A DNA stretch of 64,000 nucleotides from Hyphochytrium catenoides (taxonomy: Eukaryota > Protista > Hyphochytriomycota), in NCBI GenBank assembly GCA_900088475.1, contig FLMG01000761.1, forward strand, positions 62,001 through 126,000, given 5' to 3'. Positions 50,512 through 61,638 of the stretch are shown piece after piece. A program made the position numbers and the translations under genes. Every line of letters begins with the position of its first letter. Position 1 is the stretch's first letter. A model generated the notes under the pieces. The model was not told the origin of the DNA. It saw only the letters and a program-made list of their open reading frames with translations, and made no database searches.

Positions 50512-53056
50512 TCAGTGACAGTGAAAGTCAAGCAGTGCCACTTGCTGGTACTTGACAGCAGAATATTTGCGCTGGACGGAGTCCTGCTTCTTATGCATCG
50601 ACGCTGGACGACTGTTTGATGGAAGCACCAACTCTTGGAGGTCTGCTATACAATTATCTAGATCCTTGAGCTGATAGCGGGAGCACTCCGCGAGCGCTGC
50701 GTCCTAGAAGTGTGGAAAAACTTGGTCAATACAGAGTTCGCCAGTAGACCTTGTGTCATTCTTTCACTTCTTTTTTCTCTCTTGGAGCACATCGCTTCCT
50801 CAGATATCCCGCAGGTAGTTCTCTGTCATCCTCTTCCCGTAACTCAACCTGATCCGAGTCATCTAGTGGGAGTCTTCTACCCTTGGCGCTTCTATGGTTC
50901 ACCACTTGTGAAGGCTCTGATCCCCCTGAATCACTCTATTGCTGCCCAGCTCGCTGCTCTCTTTTCCGGTCGCCTAGACTTACCCATGGCTCACTCTCTC
51001 CCAGGAGCTTTCTGGCGAGATAGGCGGACGAAGCAGCTAGTGCAGAGGGCAGATAGTCCATCATATGGCTCTCGATAAGCGTCATCTCGCAGAGGTAGTG
51101 TGCCAGAGCTCTGACCTTTTCTTCTCTCATCCCGTCCACTCCCCTGTTCTCCGAAAGAGAGACAGCGCGAAGGAAGCGGTTGAGAAAGTAAAGTGGCGAG
51201 GCAACAGTGACCTTGAAGTTCAAATTCTTCAGGATCTCCTCTTCCATGTCCAGAATGTTCTGGGCAGAGTAGGCTTTGTCCGTGATGTATACAAGGTCAC
51301 TGAGCTCCGGCGGATAGATTTCTTCGTACTTTGAAGCAACCAGCAGAGCTGTGACTCCTACCAGTTGCAGCTGTTCTTGGGGCACTTCCACACGGGCGAG
51401 GAAGCGATCTATGAGGTTTACAGTGAGAAAGAGTGTCTCATCTTCCATCTTGAACTTTGAATGTACATCTATCAGCCAATCCACGAGGATGAGGCGCTTT
51501 CGAGGCGTGATCTCAGGTTGAAGATCCATATAAGCGGAGGAGAGACGTTCTCTAGTCTGTGGAGAGAGCAAGGCAAATGGGAAAATGAGCGAAGAGAATG
51601 AAAGGGAGGGACAGACCAAGAGAGAGACGTGTACACAATGGAAGCAATTACGTTGAGAGAGCTTGCGAAAGACGGCGAAAACGATGAGATGGCACGCAAG
51701 AAGCAGTTTTTAACCCTGGGGTAGAAGAGAGGAGGAGGATAAAGATGTCTGATGAAGTGTGCAAGCCGCAGCTGTGCCTTAGGAATAGCACCTTCCTCCA
51801 TGTGAGAGCATGTGAGATAGGCCATAGCAGTTGTAAACGATATCGAAGACTTCTCGACTCATAAAAAGAGAGAGAGTGAGAGAGAGAAAAGGTCGAGAGG
51901 ATATTGATAGAGAATGAGGACAGCGCCTCGTAGAGAGCAGGAGAAAGAAAGAGCAAGTGCTTCCTACCTCGAGCTCCCGATAGTTAGCGTCAATGTCGTC
52001 AATGTACTCTGGGGCCATCAGAGGGTCATCATACATTACATCTCGTTGTATGTGTCTCTCTCTTCTGTGCTCACTTTCCCGCTCCTCCTCTTCCCACAAG
52101 GGGACTGGGCTTATGAGCATCGCATCCACAGCCTCAAAAGGAGAAGACTCTTCCTCTTGTACAAAGTCCTCTTCTTCCTCCTCTTTTGTGGGTATGGGAT
52201 CCTCTAAGAGTCGAAGTATATCTCGATCTCTCTCGTCCAACCAGCTGGGAGCCTCGTCCTCGCTCTCTCTTCGTCTGCTCTCGTCTCTCACTCTGTCCAT
52301 TTCGTTGATGTCTCTGCAGGTGCCCTGAAGATGGATGTTAACGGTCTTAGAGAGAGAAAGGAAGAAGATTGAGGCGTAGCAGGAAGGGCTGGACCAGAAA
52401 CAAATGTTCTATGAACAGCTGAGAAAAGCTAGAGAAGGAGCCAGTGAGGAAACGGGGGAGGAGGAAATAATGCTTTAAGGGAAAGAGAGAAGGTGTTTTT
52501 CTTTCTTATCAACGAACGATTCACAAGAGATTGTACTAGAGACGACGATACAAAGGAGCAAGAAAAAAAAAGAAGAGGAAGAGAGAGAGAGAGAGAGTCG
52601 GGTTGAGCTAACGGTCAAGGAGAGTTAACAGGGAAGCAAAGTGTTTGCATGAGATAGAAGACAGATGTCTAACCTCTGAAAGCGGAGCCTTCGCATGTCT
52701 CTCTTGAGGTTGAGAGACAACATTTGTCATGTCGCCCAGGATATTCCTCTTAAACCCAGGTTTTCCATGCTGAGAGAAAGAGAGAGAGCCCTTCACGGTG
52801 TCTCCCTTTCTTTTCAATAAGCCCCCTCTCTCTTGCAGCTTAGTGCTCATAAGGCCGACATTGTGGTTCTCATCCTGAGGACCGGGGTCCTGATGCAATA
52901 GAGAAGACGTGAAGAAAGAGAGTCAGAAAAAAAGAGAGAGGAAGAGACAGAAAGGAAAGAGGTGCACGAGTGTATGAGAGGGTTAAATGAGAGAGCCAAA
53001 GAACTTGGAGAGATTATCTCCCCCAGCAGCCTCCTTACCCGATAGACGAAGGCCAT
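50512..53056 (-). CDS. CYCB: Mitotic B-type cyclin, multi-exon
   Basis: D-box RNILGDMTN, DDPLMAPEYIDDI, cyclin box ILVDWLIDVHSKFK..ETLFLTVNLIDRFL..QLVGVTALLVASKYEEIYPP, YLPSALAAS, C-terminal VQRKYSAVKYQQVA. Confidence 0.93.
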
Positions 53057-53879
53057 AATGGACGGCTTTAGCTGCTGCCGGATGACAATGGAAGGTCCTT
53101 GGCAAGTGCGGGAGCCAGGAAGGAGAAACAATTGAGAGGGGAGACCGGACTGTGTGCTGTTTGTTGCCTGGTCGTCTGCTGCTCTTCAGCGCACACTCAG
53201 CAAGACAGAGAAGCTTTTTGAGAGTGATGCCCTCGTCCTCCGCTGATCTTTCTCTCTTGATGAAGCGTCGACCGCGCGTATATCAATCGGTTGAACTCCT
53301 GGCTTCGTTCTTGAGAGGAAGAGGACAAGTCTGGCGAAGAAGCGGCATCTCCCTCGCCACTGAGGTTAAATTCTCCCACGCTCTCTCCCTTTCTGTCTCA
53401 TTCTTGGCGCAAAATCGCGGCAGTTTCTCTCCGCTCGTACTGGCAGAAGAGAGAGAGAGAGAGAGAGAGGGTGCAGATACCCTACGTACAGTTGGATCAG
53501 ACAAGCCATAAAAGTATTTTTTCACCGAGAGAGAGGGAGAGAGAGAGACAGAGAAAAAGAGAGAGAGAGAGACAGAGGTGGAGAGAGAATATTGACGACA
53601 GAGATGACAGCATGTCAGAGTGCAGGAGAGAAGAGAGATGAGGTGCAAAGGGGGCATAATGGAACAACGAACGGCAAAGCCAAAGGCAACAAGCAGAAGA
53701 GAGAGATGACCCAGAGAGACAGACATACACAGCCGCTCCAGATCCGAGCCAGAGGGGAGGAGGAGGGTAGGAAGACACGCCAAAGGACCGGCAGAGACGA
53801 GAGAGAGGGAGAGAGAGACTAAGAGCGAGAGCGAAAGAGACAAGCAGCGAGAGCGATGAATGGAGCGAGAGAGCAGAAT

Positions 53880-53916
<37 letters not shown>

Positions 53917-53987
53917 AAGAGAGAGAGAAAGGCAGAAAGAGAGAGAGAGAAAGAGAGCAGAGAGGCAAGAAGATCCACAGCTTCAGG

Positions 53988-54255
53988 TTTCCCGCGCTTT
54001 TCCCTCCGTCGGAGCTGTCCGCTGAAGAGCCCAACCTTTCTGATCGTTACCCATACATAAGCCGGATACCTACGGCTTATATACGTAAAACCAGTGGTCT
54101 GAGAAGACATCACCCAAACCTACGCCGCCCTTGAATCCCTTGCTGATCGCACTTGGGAGCTAGTGTAACGTCCAGACTGGTTTTGAATTTTGAGCCGTTA
54201 GAAAGAGGGCAGAGTCCGCAAAGCAAATGCTGTAACAGCTGTTAAAGGGCTTGAA
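53988..54255. promoter_or_regulatory. Cyclin B / BTB divergent promoter with E2F, CHR and MYB(MSA) motifs
   Basis: TTTCCCGC at 53988-53995; TTTGAA at 54182-54187; TCTAACGGCT on the minus strand at 54193-54202; palindromic TAACAGCTGTTA at 54233-54244; CTTGAA at 54250-54255. Confidence 0.6.
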
Positions 54256-55036
54256 AAGGCTTTTTCTCGCATTGAACGATGGCGGAGTTCTGATCTGGTA
54301 CGACTGCTTTAAGCTCCTGTAGCTCTGCCTTTAGCGTAGACTGTAAAGAGCAAATTTGGACGAAGGGTTACATTTCGCGTTTGATGGTCTTCTTGACCTT
54401 TTCACTACGAGCGCTCTGTCTGTCTGTCTGCCTGTGTTTTCCTATGTGTCTTTCTCTCTCTCTCTCTTTCTCTCCCTCTTTCTACTTTCTCTCTCTTTTT
54501 CTCTCTCCTTGCCGCTCGTTCTCTTTCTGTTTTCCCACTGCTTGATCTAACATCCTCCTCTCTTTCTCTCTCACTCTTTCTCTCTCTCCCTCTCGCTCTG
54601 TCTCTCTCTCTCTCAGCTCCCACGCTCTTGTTGAACTCTCCTTTCCTCTGCATACACTACTCTCTCTCACTGCTGGCTTTTCTCACTCTTCTTCCTCTCA
54701 GGGCACTCTTTCCTCATGTCTGTCATTCTCCATAGCAGTCTTGAATCCATCAGCTGCCTCAGTAGGACTCTAAGCCTCGCCCTTCACCACCCACGAAGCG
54801 ATCCGATAAGCTCTTGCTAGCCGGAGAGACCTTCTGAGGCAGACATTGAGGGCACAGACGGAGAGGCAAGAGAATCGTTACATCGCTAGAGAAGGGAAGT
54901 CATCGGGCGCTGCATATCCTGACCGGGTTAGATAGACACTGACGGCGGTCAATGGCTCATCAGTAGCAGGTCCGAAGTGCTAAGCAACAGAAGAGGGCAA
55001 CGCCTTCAGGAGGCTCAATAAATAGCGAATAAGAAG

Positions 55037-55423
55037 ATGAGTTCAGCCTTCACTCCTTTCGACTCCAGGTAGAGCGGTGGCTCCTAGCAGAGTCTCTTCT
55101 TTGTCCTCTTTCCTGGGCACTTCATCCTCAACTATTCTTTCCCCTCTTGTTTCCTTACATCTCCTCCTCTATATCTGCCCCTCGCTCACGCTCTGCGGCT
55201 GTGGCGTTTTTCTCTGTCATTGATATCTAGAACTTCCTCTTCTTTGATATCAAGCAGCCCCACGTGACTTAGCCCTATGTTCTCGCCTCTTTGGCTTAGA
55301 GAGTCTTTTGTCCGAGAATGGGAGAAGGTGAAACACGCCCAACACCAAGTAAGAATGGGATACAAGTCATAGACATAGAGATTGAACGATTGCGACAGAG
55401 GACTGACGGAAGTGGGGCAGAAG

Positions 55424-55466
<43 letters not shown>

Positions 55467-56615
55467 GGAGCACAGAGAGAGAGAGCGAGAGAGAGAGAGA
55501 GAGAAGAGAAAGAAGAAGAAGAAGAGACAAGGGAGCTATCAGGAGGAGAAATGGGTCCGGAAACTTTGGGAGCTAACGGCTCTTGGCTTCTCTTCTCTGT
55601 GGAAGATTGAAGAGGAGAAGCTTGCTCTGACGAAGGGGTGGCGAAAGATAGAATTGACACATAAAAAGCTTCAAGATGAGCGAGCACGGTTGGCCTCTAC
55701 TGTCCAAATCTTCTCGGTCCATCTGATATTCTGCTCTTTCTTCATGATGCTCTCCTGCTCGTATGTTACCTGCCTTTGTCTCTCTCGTCCCTTTGACTTC
55801 GTCTCGTTCCAGGTCTCTCCTCCCTCATCAAGGGATTCTTGTCCTTTGCTGCTAACTTTCTCTTTCTCTGTAGCTTTTGCTGCCAATCCACTCTCAATGT
55901 CTGCCTTTCTACAATGGACCTCGCTCGCGTTGTCCTCCCAGCATCTCTCACGACAGCCTTTGACATTCATCGCTATCTTTGTTTCAGCTTCGAAGACGAG
56001 GTTCAGAGAGAGTTGCACTTCCTTCCTCCTCATACAAAGGTTGAAATGAATGTGGGAGGACAGGTAGGCTCCTGGGACGCCTCCTCTCTTTTCTTGCTCT
56101 CTCAGTTCTCTATTCCTCTCTCCCTCTGCCTATGTGCCTCTATCACTCGCTCTCTCTCTCTGGACAGTGGACCTCACCTTTCCTCTTCACAGCTTCTACT
56201 TGCTGCAGTCTGCCTCCTTCCCTTCTGCTCGCCTTGTGCCTGAAGCTTAGAGCACGATTTGTCACAAGTCTCCCTTGGCACCCGAGAGGCTCCTTTTTAA
56301 AGCATCCTCTTCCTTCCTGTCGTCTTGCTGCCTATTCTCTCTCTTGAGGAACGGGATTCTTACTGAACTTGTTAGGTGTTTGTATCAACGGTCGACATTC
56401 TTTCTCGGGATCGCTTCTCTCTACTGGCTCTGCTCTGCACGGAGAATTGTCCCATCGAACGAGACTCAAGCTCCGGGTGCTACTTCTTTGACCGCGATTG
56501 GTAAGCACTATAGATCACTAGAGAGAATAGAGGATAACACCTTGGAGAGAGGAGAAGACCTACCCAAGCGGGAGCGACCCAGCAGAGACTAGAAACGAAG
56601 AAAGAAAGAAAAAAA

Positions 56616-56652
<37 letters not shown>

Positions 56653-57517
56653 CAAGAGGTATAGAGATGAGGGGGCATGCAGTAGGCCAGAAGTGGGTCC
56701 CAGCACGACCAACAAATGGCGAGCACCGCAATCAAAAAGAGTCAAGGAACAAGCAATAGAAGACAGAAACTGAGGCCGAATGCCGGAGAAGAAGAGAGAG
56801 ATGATCGAGAGGAGACTAGTCAAAGGGGCAAGACTGCTAAGCCCCTCTCCTCTCTCGCTCCAGGTACATTTTCCGTTACATTATGCAGTTCTTACAGGAC
56901 AAGTCTCTGCCAGATTCAATGGAGACACTTAGAGAGCTGTACGGATCCGAACTCGGCGTCGTCTCTTATAACCTCTTTCCCGCTACTCCCACGACCAACT
57001 GACTTTGGCTTCCTCGATTTTTCTCTCTTGGGTCTACTCTGTGTTCTTGTTAAGAAGGCTACAGTGACTCTTTCTTATGCACTGTGTGTCTTTCTATCTC
57101 CTCTCCCTCTGTCTCTCTTTTTTATCTCTTCTTCGTACTCCGTTTAGCCTAAGATATCGTCCACCAGGTACTTTGAAGCAAGCTTCTTTCGGATCGGGTT
57201 GCTGCGTCACGCCATAGAGAGACGGTAAGTGCGCCAGTACATTGAGGCCTCCATGTTACCGGTAGGAAAGAAAGAGAGAAGAGAGAGCTGAAGGGGCCGT
57301 CTTTCTCACGATGACGAGTGAAGTCTAGCCTTCTCACTCTATCCCTCGTCTTTATGTCAGTCTCTTGGACTTAGGCCAGGGAGAGCTTACGGACTTCAGT
57401 TACTTCGATGACTTCACAAAGCGAGATGCTGCCTCTGTCAGGCCCGAGAAAGCGGTAGGAGGAAGTGGGAAGGGCAGCTCCGCTAAGGGAAAAGGCGAAG
57501 AGAGACTCAGTTGCTAA
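55037..57517 (+). CDS. Coiled-coil + BTB/POZ (KCTD/T1-type) protein; ends uncertain
   Basis: Spliced exons give IEEEKLALTKGWRKIE.., KVEMNVGGQ|VFVSTVDILSRDRFSLLA..YFFDRDW|YIFRYIMQFLQD..LREL|YFEASFFRIGLLRHAIE, which is a typical KCTD BTB signature. Confidence 0.8.
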
Positions 57518-57973
57518 TGATAATTTATTTATTATCTCGAGAATTTGTTGGTTCCCTCATCAGCTCAGTGGATAGAAAACGTACCTAGCTGCTCCCGTCT
57601 CCGCCCATCTTCTGCTCGGTTCCTTAGTCCCTAGCTCCTGCAGAAAATGTCTTGTTGCAGGCCGTCGACATTGCTGGCTATCCTGTCTCGCCGTGATCTG
57701 CGTTAAACCCATACATCAGGAGCCAAGTGACACCTGGCGTGTCATCGCAGTGTGCCCTTTCCTTCTCGCTGTCTCTCATGAGCAGCGCCTGGCTGAGGTT
57801 CATGCAGCTGACGCTGTCGTTTCGTCCGCTTATTGACCTTTGTCCCATCCTCTGCAGCACTAACAGTGGAGAGAAGCTTTCTTAGTAGAAATAATGCAGT
57901 GTCTTCCTGCTCCTCCTCTTCCCTCAGGAGTGACAGAGCCTAAGCGGTGGCCGAAAAGTCTTGCCCAGTCGAT

Positions 57974-58053
57974 CAACCGCTTCAAATAGCCGCTAACCGA
58001 ATACTATTCAAGGCGTTTTGACCGTTAGCAGGCGTTTGTCAATACGTTAACGG
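57974..58053. promoter_or_regulatory. Dense MYB (YAACNG x4) + CHR-like (x2) cluster upstream of the GNAT-PhzF gene
   Basis: CAACCG at 57974, TTCAAA at 57981, TAACCG at 57994, TTCAAG at 58007, CCGTTA at 58022 and TAACGG at 58048, all within 80 bp. Confidence 0.45.
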
Positions 58054-58505
58054 CTATGGAGGTGGATACGGCCCGGAAGATGGGATGAGAATCTTTTTCT
58101 CTCTCGATTGTTGAGGTTGGCCGAGCTCTTTCTTCTCTCCTCTCTCTTTCACGTCTTCTTCCTCTTATCAGTTCTCTCTTTCTTCTCTCTCCTGGATGAG
58201 TGTTTGACACTCCTCCTTCTCTTCCCTTGCTCATGCGCTTCGTCTCCCTCTTGCTCTTGCTCTCTTTCTCTCCGCTTGATGTTGCTCTCTCCTCCTCTCC
58301 TGTCAGATTGTCAGGAGCTTGTTTCCTAAACCTTCCACCTCGGCAAACCTAGCATCCGCGTTCTTGTCCCGTGACAACACGACCAGGAAAACAGGCGCTT
58401 CTCTCGCAGTGAGGCCTTCCTAACTCATTCCTCTCTTTCTGTGTGCACGTTACTCTGAAGTTAGTAGCAGCTTTTCTCTCATTCGCTTGCTATCTGGACA
58501 CCGTC

Positions 58506-61500
58506 ATGGCCTCTTCCGTCCGCTTCGAGCTGCTGCGAAAGGAGGATCTTCCCGCTTGTCTAGCGCTAGAGCGCGCCGCCTTTCCAGCGGATGAGGCAGC
58601 GAGTGAAGGAGCCCTGCAGATGAGACTAGAGGAAGCACCAGCGTTCTTCCTGGGCTGCTACACCGAGAAGAAGAAGCTGATCGGGTATATCTGCGGCACA
58701 TTGACGGCCGAGACGACGCTAAGCCATAGCACGATGTACACGCACAACCCGCTGGGGTCCACGCTCTGTGTACACTCCGTCGTGGTCGAGAAGGAGAGCC
58801 AGCGGCAAGGCATCGCGACTGCCATGATGAGACATTATGTTAAGAAGATGGTCACTGACCATGTAAGGCAAGGGCTGACCATCTGACAGCTATCTCTATG
58901 AGAACCGTCTCTCTCCTTGCTATTCTCTGACGTGCAATAGTCTGTTTGCTCTCTGCTCTGCTCTCTCTTGCTCTCCAGCTTCTACCACTTTTCTACCCCA
59001 TTCTGTCGCCTTTAGACCAGCACTGTCCTATCGTTCTTCTTATATGAAGTCCTCTATTTCTCTCGGCCAGTCTCCAGCTCTCTCTGTCCTTTCTCATTCT
59101 CCATCTCTCTCTCACTGTCCTCTCTCTCTTCCATCAGATGCTATCTCGATGGGTACGTTCTCTCTCTTCTTCATATTATGATCGCTGCCTCTTCTGACTC
59201 TCTTTCCTCTCAAACCAATCCTCTTCCTCTTTCTCATAAAAAAGCTTGAGATCCGGCGCATAGTTCTCGTGTCAAAAGCCCACCTCATCCCTTTCTATGT
59301 TAATTGTGGCTTTCAGCTGGATGGAGAATCCTCTCTGGTGCATGGTATAACGGGCTCTACTGCTCTTTCTGTCTTTCCTCTTATCTAGCCGTCTTTTTTG
59401 GCCCTCTCACTCTCTTTCGGAGGGATGCTCTATCTTTCTAGCACTCTTCCTCGCTCTGTTCCCTAATCTCTGCCTCACTGGCCTGTAGTCAATCTCTCGT
59501 CCCCTTTGTTCTGACCCACATCTCTCTAGCGTTTACCTCTGTTGGTTCTTGCTCTGTCTCTTTCTGATTCTGTTTCCTTGTCGCTATATGTTGGACAGGG
59601 AAGGACCCCTGGTATGAGCTCTGGTACGACTGCTTTGTGAACCGCTTCGTGAAGATCTATCAAGTGAGCAAGCACAAGCGTTCTTTCTCTCTCTCTCTCT
59701 CTCTTTTTCTCTCTCTCCACCCCTCTCGCTCTCCTCATCGCTCGTACGTTCTGCTGTTCTTCTCCTTCTCTTCCTTTCCTTTCTAGTAGCTTTTGATTAC
59801 ATTGAAACTTGAATCTCACTCTTGCTGGTTCCTGTGGTGACTCTTTTGCGCGCACTCTTGTAACTGGATTGCTAGTTATGTCGTCCTTCCTTTCCTATCA
59901 TCCAAAGAGACGAAACACGTCTGCATGCCATCTTCCATTTCTGCTGGAAGCTGAAGCTTCCCTCTCTCATCTCTTGACTTCTATAGGTGGACTCCTTCAC
60001 GGACCAGATTTTCAAAGGCAATCCCGCGGCTGTGGTTGTCTGTTTAAAGCCTGGGGACCTCCTGATTGCTGACGAAGAGGACGAGGGAATGATGCAACGC
60101 ATTGCTTTGGAGATGAACCTCAGCGAGACGGCGTACGTGAAGAGGAAGAAAGAAGGAGTGGACAACATCTTCTACTTGAGATGGTTCACCCCAGGTGATG
60201 GACGCATCACGTAATGTCTCTCCCTGCCCCCTTTTCTTCTCTCTGTCATCTCTTGTTCTTTCTCTTGTTCTTCTTCTTCTCGTCCTTTCTCTCCTTCTTC
60301 GCTTTCTACACAGGTTGTACACTTCTGCCGCCGCGTTTTCAAGTAAACTCAAACTCTGCCGAACGTCTTCCCTCGCTTTCTCATTGACCGCAGCTGCCGA
60401 AGTGGCGCTGTGTGGCCACGCGACTTTAGCTGCCGCTCATGTGTTATATAACGAGGGCTTCGTGGACAAGGATAAGACGATCGAGTTCCACACAAAGTAA
60501 GGTGCTTCTCAGCAATCTCACCCCTTTCCAAGCCATCATGACAGCTATCATGGCCTGCCTTACTGTCGTCTTCGTCCCCTTAAGCCTTCCCACTGTACCG
60601 TTTTCCACGGGTCTTCCTCTCTTCTGTCGCCGTCTCTCTGTACGTCTTGTGCTCTCTCTCCGCTTTTTGCTCTCACTACTTCTACTCTGCAAAGGCTCAT
60701 AGCGGAGCTGTTCCTTTCTAACTCCACGTTTATTCGTTGGCCAGGAGGAGCGGTGTCCTCAAAGCCTGGCTCACCACCTCCTACTCGGACACTCCTTGGA
60801 TCTGCCTTGATTTCCCAGGCGCCACTCCCAAAAAATTGACGGGAGAGGTTGCTTCCTCTCTCCAGATAGAGAAAGCACTGAACATAGAAGCGAAGGACGT
60901 TCTCTTCCTTGGGGAAGACAGAACCAGCGCCTTCGTGGAGATAACAGATGAGGCATTTAAGCGGTTACGGCCCGATAGCAGCCTGATCAGGGCCATGCCT
61001 TTCCGGTAAGTTGGTCTAGAAGTACCTCTTTTACCTTTGAGGACCATTGTATGCCTCAATCGTAGGCATCTACCACGCTCAGCTAACGGAGAACTGCCAC
61101 CTTCTACGTTAAGACTGTGTCTAGGACTACAATTTCATCTTCTCTCGCCGTTGTTTGCTTCAACAGCTGTTGTTCTCTTTGTACTCCGTCGCTCTAACGT
61201 AGCTTGGATTACTTTGCGCAGTTCTCTCTTTCCTCCTATAGTGCCGAACCTGCTATCATTATTTTGCCTTCCTTTTCGCCTTCTAATTACTTTGTCTCAC
61301 TTTTTTTTCTATTTCTGTCTTAATGTCGGGGGATCGTCAGGGGCCTTACCGTGACATGTGAGGGCAAATATCTTGAGAAATATGACTTTGCTAGTCGCTA
61401 CTTTGCACCTCAAGTTGGAGTGGAGGAGGATCCTGTCACTGGCAGTGCCCATTGCGCTCTCTGCCACTACTGGGCAGCAAAGAGAGAGAAGACCCAGCTG

Positions 61501-61638
61501 CTAGGACTTCAATCCTCTTCGAGGTCAGGAGAGGTGCTAGTCAACCTCCAGAAAGACGGCAGAGTCTTTATCTCAGGGCCTACCGTAAAGGCGTTGGAAG
61601 CGACAATGCCCATCACGCCCAAGTTCTACGTGAGCTAG
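58506..61638 (+). CDS. Fusion protein: AANAT/Paa1-like GNAT acetyltransferase + PhzF/PBLD-family isomerase (7 exons)
   Basis: GNAT part: LERAAFPADEAAS..LCVHSVVV..QRQGIAT..|LVSKAHLIPFYVNCGF..VH|GKDPWYE. It continues in frame to PhzF: KIYQ|VDSFTDQIFKGNPAAV, EMNLSETAY, LRWFTP|AAEVALCGHATLA, SRYFAPQVGVEEDPVTGSAHC. Stop at 61638. Confidence 0.9.

Noticed and set aside
2569-61638. Alternative genetic code or stop readthrough to explain fragmented ORFs
   Set aside because: Every break I traced is explained by GT-AG introns with consistent phase, and genes end in TAA, TAG and TGA at the expected positions.
38764-61638. Proline/P5C metabolic gene cluster (P5CDH + GNAT + epimerase-fold PhzF)
   Set aside because: The genes are 15 kb apart and separated by three unrelated genes. 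The GNAT is AANAT/Paa1-like, with no evidence for P5C as substrate.
58506-61638. Phenazine biosynthesis or melatonin pathway
   Set aside because: No phzA/B/D/E/G genes are present. PhzF-like and AANAT-like families are widespread with other or unknown substrates.
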